A DNA stretch of 64,000 nucleotides from a virus (taxonomy: Duplodnaviria > Heunggongvirae > Uroviricota > Caudoviricetes). This document shows, in pieces, positions 37,637 through 47,172 of this stretch. Under the pieces are notes generated by a model that searched no databases, was not told the origin of the DNA, and worked only from the letters and a program-made list of their open reading frames with translations. The DNA lies in IMG/VR virus record IMGVR_UViG_3300024287_000004, positions 492 to 64,491 of that record. The stretch is one strand, 5' to 3'. Every line of letters begins with the position of its first letter. Position 1 is the first letter of the stretch. Made by a program: the position numbers and the translations under genes.

Positions 37637-39346
37637 TTAATCGTCTCCAAAAATAATCCTGTTCACTTCCCGCTGTTCCCGGCGAAAGTGCCTGTCAATG
37701 TCGGGCATCAAGTAGGGTGCATCGCTGCCGTACAGTTTGTAGTGAGCTAGCTTGCAGTCTCGCTCTTCCGGCTCGTCCTCTTCGCCCTCATCGTAGTGCG
37801 CGCCAGCGTCATATTCCTTACGAATCCGCCAATACTCAGCCTCACTCCCCGGAACCGTGTAGCCGTGCTTAGCCAACTCCAAGGCTTCCTGCACTGGGCC
37901 GTTAATCTCCAGCACACGCTTAGCACGCGTAACAGCCACGTACAAAAGATTCTCTTCTGCTTCACTCAGGCCGCAGTATTCACCGTCCTTCTTGTAGTGG
38001 CTTGGGAAATCATCAGCCAAAATCACTTGCTCCCACTCTCGGCCCTTGGACTTGTGAGCCGTGGTGTAGGTAGCAACCGGGTTTTCCGGGGCTTTGTAGC
38101 CTTCCAGAACGTCGATGTAATGGCCGGTAAGCCCGCCCTCTACGATGCCTTCCAGACGCTTCATTTCCCCGCCCACCTCTTCCGCCTCTTCCTTGAAGCG
38201 TTTCCAGTTGGCGTACGGCAGGATTCGTTCATGCTTAACCTGCTTCATAAACGCCTTGGCTTCTGGCTTGGTAGGGGCCTTAAACGCATCAAACAGGGCT
38301 TGAGCCGATTTAAGCACGGCTACGAAGTCCTTAACGTCAATCTCAACCGCTACCTTCTCGCCCTTGTCAATAGCCTCCACAGCCGCAGCCAGCAGGGCCG
38401 AGTTCGAACGGAACAGGAACGCATGTGGCTTGGTACGGTCCACAACGTTGAATCCGACGAGCGTTTCAGCACTCGTGCCAGTGAGCTTCATATCTCCCTT
38501 GAGAACGTGCGTAGCAACGTCAGCGATGCCTTGGCCGTAGCGGAACGACACCGATAGTGGGGCCGTAGCGCATTGCACCGATTGCATGGCGTTGATAGCA
38601 CCACGCCAGCCGTAAATAGCTTGGCGACGGTCACCCACCATCACAATCTTGGCGTGGCTCTGCTGGTTCATGATGATATCCAGAACACAGGGCGTTGTAT
38701 CTTGGAACTCGTCGGCATAAACCACTTTGTACGGCAGCACAGGCTTGCTCAGTTGGTACAGTTTTAGGTAGGTATCGTGCGTAGCAAGAACAGGGCTAGC
38801 AAGATCAGTGCGGTCTTTCCACAACCGTTTAGCGTATTTCAGCACGGCTGCTGCAAGCCACGGCTCCAGCATGAGAATCTTTTCCATATCCTTACGCGGT
38901 ACGTGTTTGGCAGACAGTTCATTGTCAGCGGATTGCTCGAAACGCTCCACGGTTTGCTTGACAAAAGCACCAATAGCAGCTTCAGAAACTACGTCCTCAA
39001 CTCCCTCAATATGGTAGTACCACGCAATTTCACTACCCGTACCGGCAACGTTCTTGTAGGCCCCTTTCGGGCGTGACAGCTTGTGCATCAGCGTGTGGCC
39101 GATGGAGCGGTAGGCTAAGCTGTGCGTTGTTTTAGCCGTAACGTGGCTAGGAAAACGCTGTTCTGCTTCCTCTGCCGTCACCTTATTGAAAGCGACGTAC
39201 AGGGAAGGCTCCTTAATGGCCTTAGCCACCATCTCAAGCGTAGAGGTCTTGCCACAGCCAGCCCCGGCTTCCATCTTAAGACAAGCCTCGGCTACAGCCA
39301 TAGCAATCGCGGTATTTTGTTGTTCTGTTGGGGTGCGTTCGGTCAT
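37637..39346 (-). CDS. UvrD/Rep/PcrA-like superfamily 1 DNA helicase
   Basis: Walker A AGAGCGKTS; motif II VYADEFQDTTP. Confidence 0.75.
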   Translation of the reverse strand: MTERTPTEQQNTAIAMAVAEACLKMEAGAGCGKTSTLEMVAKAIKEPSLYVAFNKVTAEEAEQRFPSHVTAKTTHSLAYRSIGHTLMHKLSRPKGAYKNVAGTGSEIAWYYHIEGVEDVVSEAAIGAFVKQTVERFEQSADNELSAKHVPRKDMEKILMLEPWLAAAVLKYAKRLWKDRTDLASPVLATHDTYLKLYQLSKPVLPYKVVYADEFQDTTPCVLDIIMNQQSHAKIVMVGDRRQAIYGWRGAINAMQSVQCATAPLSVSFRYGQGIADVATHVLKGDMKLTGTSAETLVGFNVVDRTKPHAFLFRSNSALLAAAVEAIDKGEKVAVEIDVKDFVAVLKSAQALFDAFKAPTKPEAKAFMKQVKHERILPYANWKRFKEEAEEVGGEMKRLEGIVEGGLTGHYIDVLEGYKAPENPVATYTTAHKSKGREWEQVILADDFPSHYKKDGEYCGLSEAEENLLYVAVTRAKRVLEINGPVQEALELAKHGYTVPGSEAEYWRIRKEYDAGAHYDEGEEDEPEERDCKLAHYKLYGSDAPYLMPDIDRHFRREQREVNRIIFGDD

Positions 39347-39383
39347 GTTCTTCCTTGGGATTGGTTATAAATAAGAAAGACCC

Positions 39384-39412
39384 ATTGTACCGAAGTACAA
39401 CGGGCCTGTCAA
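39384..39412 (-). promoter_or_regulatory. Sigma70-like promoter on minus strand (TTGACA-17-TACAAT) with CTAGCTACTTAGCTA upstream
   Basis: revcomp tgtcaa 39407-39412; attgta 39384-39389. Confidence 0.55.
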
Positions 39413-39427
39413 TAGCTAAGTAGCTAG

Positions 39428-39850
39428 TTAAAAGCTGCGGTTAAAACGCTCGTAGCTTTGCAACTCACGCAGCCAGTCGCTAGGAATATCAAGCCCCGCA
39501 GCGTGGTAGCGAGTGATGGCGTCAAGAATTTCCTTTTTACGGGCATTAACCACTTCTGCCACAGGGCGAAGGCCCAGCGGGGGCTTAGCAACTTCCGGTG
39601 TGTCGTAAGGGACGAAGAATTGCCCGTCAAGCAGCTTATATTCAGGGCTGGCATGATGGTTGAAAAAGTATTCATCGGCGTCCTCCTTAGTGACACTGTT
39701 GCTAAGCTGTGTGCCAGCGAAAAGGAATCTAGAGTTAGTATTTTGGATCGTACTGCCGCCGACCTGCCAATTATAACCCGCTGCGAACAATGCCTTCTGT
39801 ACCGCTTCCGAGTGTGCTGCGTCCTTAATGCGAATCTTCATTCCTTGCAT
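39428..39850 (-). CDS. Hypothetical protein with conserved N-terminal AVQKALFAAGYNW domain, 140 aa
   Basis: Motif shared with 32953..33429. Confidence 0.45.
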   Translation of the reverse strand: MQGMKIRIKDAAHSEAVQKALFAAGYNWQVGGSTIQNTNSRFLFAGTQLSNSVTKEDADEYFFNHHASPEYKLLDGQFFVPYDTPEVAKPPLGLRPVAEVVNARKKEILDAITRYHAAGLDIPSDWLRELQSYERFNRSF

Positions 39851-40110
39851 GTTTGTTTCTCCTTGTCTATAAGTTTGCTATGCAGGTAGGTAGAGCAAAT
39901 ACTACCCAACCCACCACCCAAGCCGACCGCTAACACTATCCAGCCCCAGCCGCTATGAACAACGTTCAACAGGATTGCTGCTTCGCATGCAGCCATGCAC
40001 ATGCTTGTTGGCAGAATCCAGCCGTACTTGCGGTGGACAACGTTGAGTTGTTGCCAACTCCGCAAGCCGATATTCAGGAAGCTAGTAATGAACGCTAGCA
40101 GGTAAATCAT
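39838..40110 (-). CDS. Small membrane protein, 90 aa
   Basis: Three hydrophobic segments. Confidence 0.4.
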   Translation of the reverse strand: MIYLLAFITSFLNIGLRSWQQLNVVHRKYGWILPTSMCMAACEAAILLNVVHSGWGWIVLAVGLGGGLGSICSTYLHSKLIDKEKQTCKE

Positions 40111-41351
40111 TTGGCGTCCGCAATCGTGTAGTGCCGTGGGTCTTTACCGGCGTGGACCACTTGAAGTTGTTTCACAATCTCCTTGAGCATTTCACGCTCT
40201 TTCAGGTAGCCGCTAGGGATTTGCCTATCGTCAATAAGCGTCCCTGATGCACGGGCATCTAGCAGGATAGCAATGTTAGCCAGCACACCACCCAGATTCG
40301 GGCAACCATCAGCCGGGTCAAATTCTTCGCCCTCGGCCCACGCCATCAAGTGACGCAAAGCAGCAGCGATGTAGATAGACGCCTCAACCTTGGTAGCACG
40401 GTAGTTACCACGCCCGTATTTCAGCGAACCGTTGTAGAGCGAAACAGCGCCGTAGGCACTAGCAAGCGGACTCCACAGGTTCAGCGGAATAGCCGACAGG
40501 CCATACTGACGCTTCGGGTTGGTGTCGGGTTCCACTTCTGGCACTTCAACAAAAACGTCAGGCTGTTTGGCCACTACATGGCAAACACGGTACGCCACAA
40601 TGTCACCGGGGCTACCGAAGTGATACCATCGCATTACGCCAGCACCATTTACCGGGTACACCTTGTGGCTATCGCGGAACTTGATTTCAACAAAGGTATC
40701 CTTGTCAACCGGGCACTCCCCACCACTCCAGAGGATGAAGCCGTCTTCGTCAGTGGTAACTACTTCCTTACCGCCAGCATCTTCCACAATGCCTTTCACC
40801 ATCTCTTGCACGCTAACCGTCTTCGGTTGTTCTGCGAGCTTATAGTACTCCACGGTCATATCGGGGTTGAAGCCGAATGGAATGCTATAGTCATGAGCCG
40901 GGTCAATGCCCGCAGCCCCACGGCCACGCACTTCTCCGCAGCGGAGCACAACAGAACCTACCTTACCCTCTGGCTTCGTACCCGTGTTCTTGATCCAGCC
41001 TTCGGTTAGCATACGTGTGTCTTTCTTACGGCGCTTGCTATCTTTTTTCCGAGCCTTACGGATGGCCTTCACTTCGTCAGCAGCTTGGCTAAGATCGAAC
41101 ATGGTAATTTCGCGGAAGTCCATGACTCGGCCAGTGTTGCAGAATTCAGTAGACTGCATCATGCGGTTGTCTTTATCGACATATACGTATCGCGTGTTAT
41201 ACCCGTCCCGCACGGTACGCCCGCCGCTAATCCACTGGAACCCCATCTTGAACATTAGTTCTTGCGCACGCTTGAATTCATCCACGTTAGCAACGTTGAT
41301 GAAGGTGCGCTTGAACTTATCAGTGAGGTGGTTGGTTTTAAAACTTTCCAT
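40107..41351 (-). CDS. Hypothetical protein, 414 aa (N-terminal FKRAQELMFKMGFQW domain)
   Basis: ORF; promoter 41383-41411 upstream. Confidence 0.5.
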   Translation of the reverse strand: MESFKTNHLTDKFKRTFINVANVDEFKRAQELMFKMGFQWISGGRTVRDGYNTRYVYVDKDNRMMQSTEFCNTGRVMDFREITMFDLSQAADEVKAIRKARKKDSKRRKKDTRMLTEGWIKNTGTKPEGKVGSVVLRCGEVRGRGAAGIDPAHDYSIPFGFNPDMTVEYYKLAEQPKTVSVQEMVKGIVEDAGGKEVVTTDEDGFILWSGGECPVDKDTFVEIKFRDSHKVYPVNGAGVMRWYHFGSPGDIVAYRVCHVVAKQPDVFVEVPEVEPDTNPKRQYGLSAIPLNLWSPLASAYGAVSLYNGSLKYGRGNYRATKVEASIYIAAALRHLMAWAEGEEFDPADGCPNLGGVLANIAILLDARASGTLIDDRQIPSGYLKEREMLKEIVKQLQVVHAGKDPRHYTIADAK

Positions 41352-41382
41352 TTAATTCTCCTTGTTAGTTTGTAAGGGAGGC

Positions 41383-41411
41383 AGCTTACATGGAAAGCTG
41401 CCTCTTGTCAA
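41383..41411 (-). promoter_or_regulatory. Sigma70-like promoter on minus strand (TTGACA-17-TAAGCT)
   Basis: revcomp tgtcaa 41406-41411. Confidence 0.45.
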
Positions 41412-41471
41412 GCATTATTCTCCGTGTGAGTCGGTGTAGCCTGCGCCCTGAGCATTTAGTTCTCCCACATG

Positions 41472-43121
41472 CTAGTAACCTTCTTGGCTATCTTCCATCA
41501 GTTGAACCTCCCACGTATCCGGGTTTAGCATAAAAGTATCACAAACACCTAGCCAAGAGTGAGTACGATTCTTCAAAACTACGATCCTTACCCGGCCACG
41601 GCTCCTATCTGGCATAATTTCGTTTTCCAATCCGAGGATCGTCCACGAAAGTTGTTCCAATGCAGCAGAACCGCGCATATGGCTCTTGTCTACCTTTGTC
41701 CAGTAGGCGTTTTCGTCTGCATCCTTGGGCGGCTTATTATCCCCGAAGGCACTCCGGTTAATATGGCTAATAGCGATGATGCCTACGTCATTAGATGCAC
41801 AGAACGCGGCAAGCTCAGTCATTGTATGGTCGAGAATCTTCCGCTCGTCTACGTCTGTTCCAGACCCCGATGCGATTAGCGTAAGGTGGTCCACAATGAT
41901 GTAGTCGCACTTCTCTACCAAGTGCATATGCTTAATCTTGCTCATAAACTCTGACACCGGCAAATTGCCGAAGTGGTCTAGAAACACGGCCAAGCCCTCA
42001 TTCACAATCTCGTCGTAGGCCGCTTTGATATCCTCCTTACTGGCCGTAGATAGTGGGTTAGCTTTGAACTTAGTGTAATTTACTTTTAGCTTATGAGCCA
42101 CCATACGCTGCAAAGTTTGCACCTTAGTTTCTTCTAGAAAAATCAGCCCGACCTTCTTCTTTGCTTTAATCATATCGGCTGCAAAGATCGAAGTAATGCT
42201 AGTTTTGCCTGTTCCAGAGCCGCTGCACAACAGGACAAGCTCACGTTTTCGGAAGGACTTAATTTTAGCCATCAGCTTCGGAAAGCTTGGGACTACAACA
42301 CCTTCCTCCGGGACCGCAATCAACTCCTCGAAGCTGATTTCGCTCGCCTTCATAATCTTCTCAGCCGAGTAGGGACGCTTGCCAAACTGCACCAGCTTAG
42401 CTAGCTCACCCGCTTGGCCTGCTTGCATCATATCTGAGGCGTCTTTGTGGCCGTCAGGGGTCGTCGTTACGAACAACGTGAGCGACGAACCCACCAGAGC
42501 GTTAGCAACGGCTTCCCGTGCCTCGTGGCCCCGCATGATGTTCTTCTGCTTCTCAGCCGGGGTGCAGTAGTCGTCATCAAAGAAGATGTTCAGCGAGTCG
42601 AAAGACTGTACAAACCCCTCGTTATGAAGAATGGATTCTACAGCGTTAGCGGTTCCCATAGGAATGCTGACAACAAACGGCTCCATGCCTTCGAACTTGG
42701 TTCCTTTGACGCTATCCACCACAGCCTGATAGGAGCTAAGAGCATCCCATTCGCCCTCGGTGGCAGTGAGTACAGCCCGTTTGCGATTAACCTTCTCAGC
42801 CTGCTCTTGACCGAACAGTTTATTGGTAATGACAACACTACCAACTGTTGACCAATGATACCGCTCTGCTTTATCCTTTGTTAAATCTTGTTTCTTGTAG
42901 CCAGTGATTTTGCCTTTCTGATTGTAGGATGGGAAGTAGACAGCCTCGATAGTCTGCCCATCTGCTTCGCTAAGGGCTACACGAACACCGAACTTTTGGC
43001 ATGTTTCCTTTGTAATCCCACGCTGGGGAATGTCCCTGAACGGGTACTTCTCAACTTCTTTAACTGTCTCCTTTGGAGTGTATTCTTCTTTCACTGCTTT
43101 GTATCCTTTTTCGTAAGACAT
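41472..43121 (-). CDS. Primase-helicase (T7 gp4-like: TOPRIM-type primase domain + DnaB-like hexameric helicase); no N-terminal zinc ribbon
   Basis: Walker A LLCSGSGTGKTSITS in C-terminal half, helicase motifs; N-terminal half primase-like; no Cys4. Confidence 0.75.
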   Translation of the reverse strand: MSYEKGYKAVKEEYTPKETVKEVEKYPFRDIPQRGITKETCQKFGVRVALSEADGQTIEAVYFPSYNQKGKITGYKKQDLTKDKAERYHWSTVGSVVITNKLFGQEQAEKVNRKRAVLTATEGEWDALSSYQAVVDSVKGTKFEGMEPFVVSIPMGTANAVESILHNEGFVQSFDSLNIFFDDDYCTPAEKQKNIMRGHEAREAVANALVGSSLTLFVTTTPDGHKDASDMMQAGQAGELAKLVQFGKRPYSAEKIMKASEISFEELIAVPEEGVVVPSFPKLMAKIKSFRKRELVLLCSGSGTGKTSITSIFAADMIKAKKKVGLIFLEETKVQTLQRMVAHKLKVNYTKFKANPLSTASKEDIKAAYDEIVNEGLAVFLDHFGNLPVSEFMSKIKHMHLVEKCDYIIVDHLTLIASGSGTDVDERKILDHTMTELAAFCASNDVGIIAISHINRSAFGDNKPPKDADENAYWTKVDKSHMRGSAALEQLSWTILGLENEIMPDRSRGRVRIVVLKNRTHSWLGVCDTFMLNPDTWEVQLMEDSQEGY

Positions 43122-43167
43122 TTAACCCTCTTAAAACAAGAACGGAAGCTATGCTTCCGTTCGGTTA

Positions 43168-43824
43168 TTACTTGTCTGCCACTACTTGGAAAATGGCGTT
43201 GATCTGCTCTGCAATAAGCCTCGCTAGTGCTACGTGCTCAGCCTGTGTCACACCTTCCTCCATACGGACTTCAAGGTAGTGAATCCATGATCGGATTGTA
43301 CCGTTCACGTACATACGACTCATAGTTAGCCCTTCCGGTAGTAGTACCCTAGCTACCTCCTTGGCAATCCCTTTATCAAGGGCTTCGCTGTAGCGAGCTT
43401 TGACCAAATCAAGAACCTCGTTTTGGACACCTACCCACCAGTTTGACAGGGACTCGTCCTCCGTGGCTAGGCTATTCTGGCGGTTCTTAATATCCTGCAT
43501 TCGCAAATCTCGCAAGCAGAACGCCTTTTCAAGCTGAGTAACGTCAGCATAACGTTGGCTAAACTCTTGGAATCGAAAGCTTGCATGACGGAGCACTTGG
43601 CGTGCAATGTCTCGCGGAGCCTCAAGCTCCACAACACAATTTGCCATCTCGAATGGACTCCAGTGCTTATGTCGTTTTAGGTAGCTAAGCAGCTTGTCAG
43701 CAGTAGCTGTGTTCATTTGGTTGCTAGGATTGGATACCCTAGCGCAGTACGCAATAAGCTCTCCTGCGTCGTTAATCCCTTCTACGACTGGTTGAGTTAC
43801 CGCGATTAGTTTTGCTTTCAACAT
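43168..43824 (-). CDS. thyX: Flavin-dependent thymidylate synthase ThyX
   Basis: ThyX motif LRHASFRFQEFSQRY (RHRxxxxxxxS-type). Confidence 0.75.
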   Translation of the reverse strand: MLKAKLIAVTQPVVEGINDAGELIAYCARVSNPSNQMNTATADKLLSYLKRHKHWSPFEMANCVVELEAPRDIARQVLRHASFRFQEFSQRYADVTQLEKAFCLRDLRMQDIKNRQNSLATEDESLSNWWVGVQNEVLDLVKARYSEALDKGIAKEVARVLLPEGLTMSRMYVNGTIRSWIHYLEVRMEEGVTQAEHVALARLIAEQINAIFQVVADK

Positions 43825-44366
43825 TTTCCGTGCCTTTCCGAGTAGCCTGCGCCACCCCTGTTCAAATTCTCTATCTCTAACTTCCGTCTCTCTACTGCCA
43901 ACCTTTTTGCCTCATCCTCGCCTAACTTCGATACAGAATAGTTGGCGTGCTGGGCCTTCCCCTCCAACATCTTCCAATGAGCCACCCAGTAGACAAACTC
44001 CCTCTTCCTGCCTTTCACCACAATCCGGGCCACCCCCGTAAGCCCGGAGGTGTTAGCCTTGCTGAGCCGCATATTCCGCTGGTTAACCTTGGCAGGGACT
44101 AGCCGCAGATTTTCTTTGCAGTTGTTACTTGGGTTTCCGTCCAAATGATCCACCTGCATTCCATCAGGTATTGGCCCATTAAATATCTCGTAGACTATGC
44201 GGTGTACTAGGACATTACTGTTTTCATGGCCTACCAACCAATATCCGTCTTCCCTTTGGTAACCCGCACAACTGCCAGCTACAGCCTTTGGGGGCCTATT
44301 GATTTTATTGCGAAGGAAGGACGGAGATGTTGGTGTGTATTCAAATAACTCCGTCCATACCGTCAT
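43818..44366 (-). CDS. HNH homing endonuclease (HNH_3 + AP2 domain)
   Basis: HRIVYEIFNGPIPDGMQVDHLDGNPSNNCKENLRLV. Confidence 0.75.
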   Translation of the reverse strand: MTVWTELFEYTPTSPSFLRNKINRPPKAVAGSCAGYQREDGYWLVGHENSNVLVHRIVYEIFNGPIPDGMQVDHLDGNPSNNCKENLRLVPAKVNQRNMRLSKANTSGLTGVARIVVKGRKREFVYWVAHWKMLEGKAQHANYSVSKLGEDEAKRLAVERRKLEIENLNRGGAGYSERHGKC

Positions 44367-44791
44367 ACTACTCCCCCATCTTCCACAGATACCTTCGCCT
44401 CGTACAACACGTACTGGAACAGCTTAACCCGGTCTTCTTTCTTAAGTAGGTTCAGACGCTTAGCAATGTTGGTAGCTAGCACCCACTTGCCGAAAAGGTC
44501 TTCGTCCATCGTTACGATGTAGTTGGTTGTGCCTTTCTTAAAGCTGGCCCAGCCTGCATCCTCTTCGAGGTCAACCATGATATCATAGCTCTCATCCCCA
44601 TCCGTGGTATAACCTTTGCCCTCCATGTGCTCGATGAAGTCAAAAGCCCCGTGAGTGCTCTTAATAAGCACAACAAAATCTTCGTCGGTGTCGGTAGGAG
44701 CCGGGTTGCAAGTAGTACGGCTACCAGAGGGGATGATTTTTAGAGCATACTGCCCAAGGTCTGGATGCTCCATTATTTCACCCCTCATCAA
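44363..44791 (-). CDS. Hypothetical protein, 142 aa
   Basis: ORF. Confidence 0.45.
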   Translation of the reverse strand: MMRGEIMEHPDLGQYALKIIPSGSRTTCNPAPTDTDEDFVVLIKSTHGAFDFIEHMEGKGYTTDGDESYDIMVDLEEDAGWASFKKGTTNYIVTMDEDLFGKWVLATNIAKRLNLLKKEDRVKLFQYVLYEAKVSVEDGGVV

Positions 44792-45104
44792 TAATTTTCT
44801 GAATTGCTACCTTCTCTTCCGGCGTAAGAACCCGGCCAGCGTGAACAATGGTAACTTCCTTAACAATTTCCTTGTACTCGAATAGCACGTTGCTGCTACC
44901 GGGCAGCTTGCCAACGTGGCAGAGACGTGGATACTCATATCCGTCGCCTCCATCGTTCGGACCCTCGAATCGTGGACAATCACTGCCGTCATCGCTGGTA
45001 AAGGTTACGGTAGTGCCAATCGGGAAACCGTGGTCATCCTTGTACCCACCTGTAATTACGTATTGCTGCCCTACAACAAAACCGGCTTTCTGTGCTGGCG
45101 TCAT
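44778..45104 (-). CDS. Hypothetical protein, 108 aa
   Basis: ORF. Confidence 0.45.
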   Translation of the reverse strand: MTPAQKAGFVVGQQYVITGGYKDDHGFPIGTTVTFTSDDGSDCPRFEGPNDGGDGYEYPRLCHVGKLPGSSNVLFEYKEIVKEVTIVHAGRVLTPEEKVAIQKIIDEG

Positions 45105-45559
45105 TTTACTTTCTCCTTATTCTTTGGTTTGTGGAACGTATAGAATACGTGTTTTCCTACAGTTAAAACTTTTTTCATCTTGCTAGCCCAGTAAGGCTGC
45201 ACATGCTTGGCATGGAAGTAGTCAGCGTTTGGCACAACCGGGCGCATTTTACTTACCTCGTCTAGCCTTTGCAACATGGCTTCATCTGTTACCAACTTCA
45301 TGCCACGCTTGTACCCCGAAAACTGGCTTGGCTGCTTAACTACTTCACAAGCCGTCATGTTACGAGCCTTCATACGATGTTTGATGACATCGTACACGGC
45401 TTTCTGGCCCTGCTTCGGCTCTCCCCGCGCCTCATCGTGGATGGCCCATGCCATACAGACATCATCCTCGCTGTAAGCCGGGGCCTTTGGCTCCGGCACA
45501 GCAGGAGGAACCTTCAACGGAACCGTAACTAAGGCCAGCAGTAGTAGCAGCCAACGCAT
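45101..45559 (-). CDS. Secreted SleB/CwlJ-like cell-wall hydrolase (Hydrolase_2 family)
   Basis: Signal peptide LLLLLALVTVPL; AWAIHDEARGEPKQGQKAVYDVIKHR matches EARGE..GQ.AV..V..NR. Confidence 0.65.
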   Translation of the reverse strand: MRWLLLLLALVTVPLKVPPAVPEPKAPAYSEDDVCMAWAIHDEARGEPKQGQKAVYDVIKHRMKARNMTACEVVKQPSQFSGYKRGMKLVTDEAMLQRLDEVSKMRPVVPNADYFHAKHVQPYWASKMKKVLTVGKHVFYTFHKPKNKEKVK

Positions 45560-45562
45560 CAA

Positions 45563-46180
45563 TTACGCTTCCTCGGAGACGTATTCACCTTCCACCAGCG
45601 TAATCTTCACCATGCCAACATGGGTTTGGCAGCGCCCGGCCTCGGCCTTTTCTGGCGTTGGGAAGGAAGTCCCAGCACGCAACGTGCCGTCCTCGTTCTT
45701 GTACACGTTAGCATACACAACATCAGTGACAGGCTTCGGCTCCACGTTGCGAAGATCGAAGTTGCTCTTTGCACCAGCTGCGTAATACTTGCCTTCGCTG
45801 GTAAAGATATCGGGGCTAGTCTTGTTGCCAATGTAGGCTAGCACTGAGTAATCACCACGGCCAGTTGTCGTGACGATGGTAACTGGCTTACCGTCTCGGG
45901 TTTCAACAGGTCTGGTGAAGTCAACCGCATCAACCACTTTCTCTACCGACTTGGTAGCGCACACGATTGCACGCTTGTTTGTGTAGGAGGAGTAGTCGAA
46001 GCCTTCACCGTCTACCACGAGCTTGGCGTAGTAGCCAGCTTCCGGGTGGACAGCGATGACGGTAGTAATCTTGCCGATATCTTTTGCCGAGATACCAGCA
46101 CCACCGTAAACCACTTTCACTTTGTCACCGACTTTGAAGCCATCAACCTCTACCTTGTCACCTTTTTTAAATTGAGTCAT
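45563..46180 (-). CDS. Hypothetical protein, paralog of 46453..47079, 205 aa
   Basis: DFTRPVETRDGKPVTIVTTTGRGDYSVLAYIGN vs DFTKPVFTAEGTPVQIVTTNGRDEKYPVLGYEGN. Confidence 0.5.
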   Translation of the reverse strand: MTQFKKGDKVEVDGFKVGDKVKVVYGGAGISAKDIGKITTVIAVHPEAGYYAKLVVDGEGFDYSSYTNKRAIVCATKSVEKVVDAVDFTRPVETRDGKPVTIVTTTGRGDYSVLAYIGNKTSPDIFTSEGKYYAAGAKSNFDLRNVEPKPVTDVVYANVYKNEDGTLRAGTSFPTPEKAEAGRCQTHVGMVKITLVEGEYVSEEA

Positions 46181-46204
46181 GTTGTTCTCCTTGTGAGTAG
46201 TTTG

Positions 46205-46432
46205 TTAAGCAGCAATAAGTTCACGGATACGCGTAACTTCGATGCCCATTTCTTCGTGAGCACGCAAAATCAGCGTAGCTCCAACGGGCAGCTTACCGCA
46301 GCGGATTTTGCTGATGACAGGTGGCTTAACACCCAGCACTTCTGCAAGCTTGCGATCACTTGCAATGTTGAATTCGGCCTTGAGTGCGTCGAACAGCTTG
46401 CCAGATTTGTCGTTGCTATACACTTTAGTCAT
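46205..46432 (-). CDS. HTH DNA-binding protein (Cro/CI-like), 75 aa
   Basis: RKLAEVLGVKPPVISKIRCGK helix-turn-helix. Confidence 0.55.
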   Translation of the reverse strand: MTKVYSNDKSGKLFDALKAEFNIASDRKLAEVLGVKPPVISKIRCGKLPVGATLILRAHEEMGIEVTRIRELIAA

Positions 46433-46452
46433 TTTCCAGTCCTCCTGTCTAA

Positions 46453-47079
46453 TTAAGCGATGCTCTTGGGCATACGGCCCTTGACGACGGTTACCTTGGC
46501 AACACCAACTCGCCTCGGGATGCGGCCAACACGGCTCTTGTACTCGTAGTCGGCATCAGCCTCTTTCACGCTATTGAAACGACCGTTACCGATAGCGCCG
46601 CCGTGTTTGACGTTGTGACGCGGCCCATTCGGCAGGAGGCCGATGTCGAAAAGGTTAACAAAAACAAAAACCTCCTTTACAGGCGCTCCTGCTACCTGAG
46701 TATCGGTCAAGTGGCGACGAGCGACACGGTTTTTGTTCTTGCCGTCCAGCGAAAACTTGGACAGGGTTTTTGCATTGCCTTCGTAGCCCAGTACGGGATA
46801 TTTCTCATCACGCCCGTTGGTAGTGACAATCTGCACTGGCGTACCTTCGGCAGTGAACACGGGCTTGGTGAAGTCAATCAGCAATTCAATTTGATCCTCC
46901 CCGAGGATTTGGTGGATTTCATCGCCGCGACAGTCAACGCCATCTACCCGGTAACGGTCAACGGAGTTGTACTTGGAATGGTAGTCAACGATAGTCGCCT
47001 CGCTACCGTTTTTCAAATAATGGTGCACGCTACCTGCCTCTTTAACACGAACCTTCTGGCCTGCTTTAAACTTTTGCAT
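46453..47079 (-). CDS. Hypothetical protein, paralog of 45563..46180, 208 aa
   Basis: See paralog. Confidence 0.5.
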   Translation of the reverse strand: MQKFKAGQKVRVKEAGSVHHYLKNGSEATIVDYHSKYNSVDRYRVDGVDCRGDEIHQILGEDQIELLIDFTKPVFTAEGTPVQIVTTNGRDEKYPVLGYEGNAKTLSKFSLDGKNKNRVARRHLTDTQVAGAPVKEVFVFVNLFDIGLLPNGPRHNVKHGGAIGNGRFNSVKEADADYEYKSRVGRIPRRVGVAKVTVVKGRMPKSIA

Positions 47080-47111
47080 TTGTTTTCTCCTTAGATTGTT
47101 GCGAGGACTGA

Positions 47112-47141
47112 ATCATAACCCAGCCCTCCCCGGTTTGTCAA
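47112..47141 (-). promoter_or_regulatory. Sigma70-like promoter on minus strand (TTGACA-18-TATGAT) with GCTAGCAAGTTAAGC upstream
   Basis: revcomp tgtcaa 47136-47141. Confidence 0.4.
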
Positions 47142-47172
47142 GCTTAACTTGCTAGCTTCTTTCCAAGCTTCT

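Noticed and set aside
37796-38557. 253-aa + strand ORF antisense to UvrD-like helicase (also 40350..41009 antisense to 40107..41351)
   Set aside because: These are antisense to confidently assigned genes with conserved motifs.
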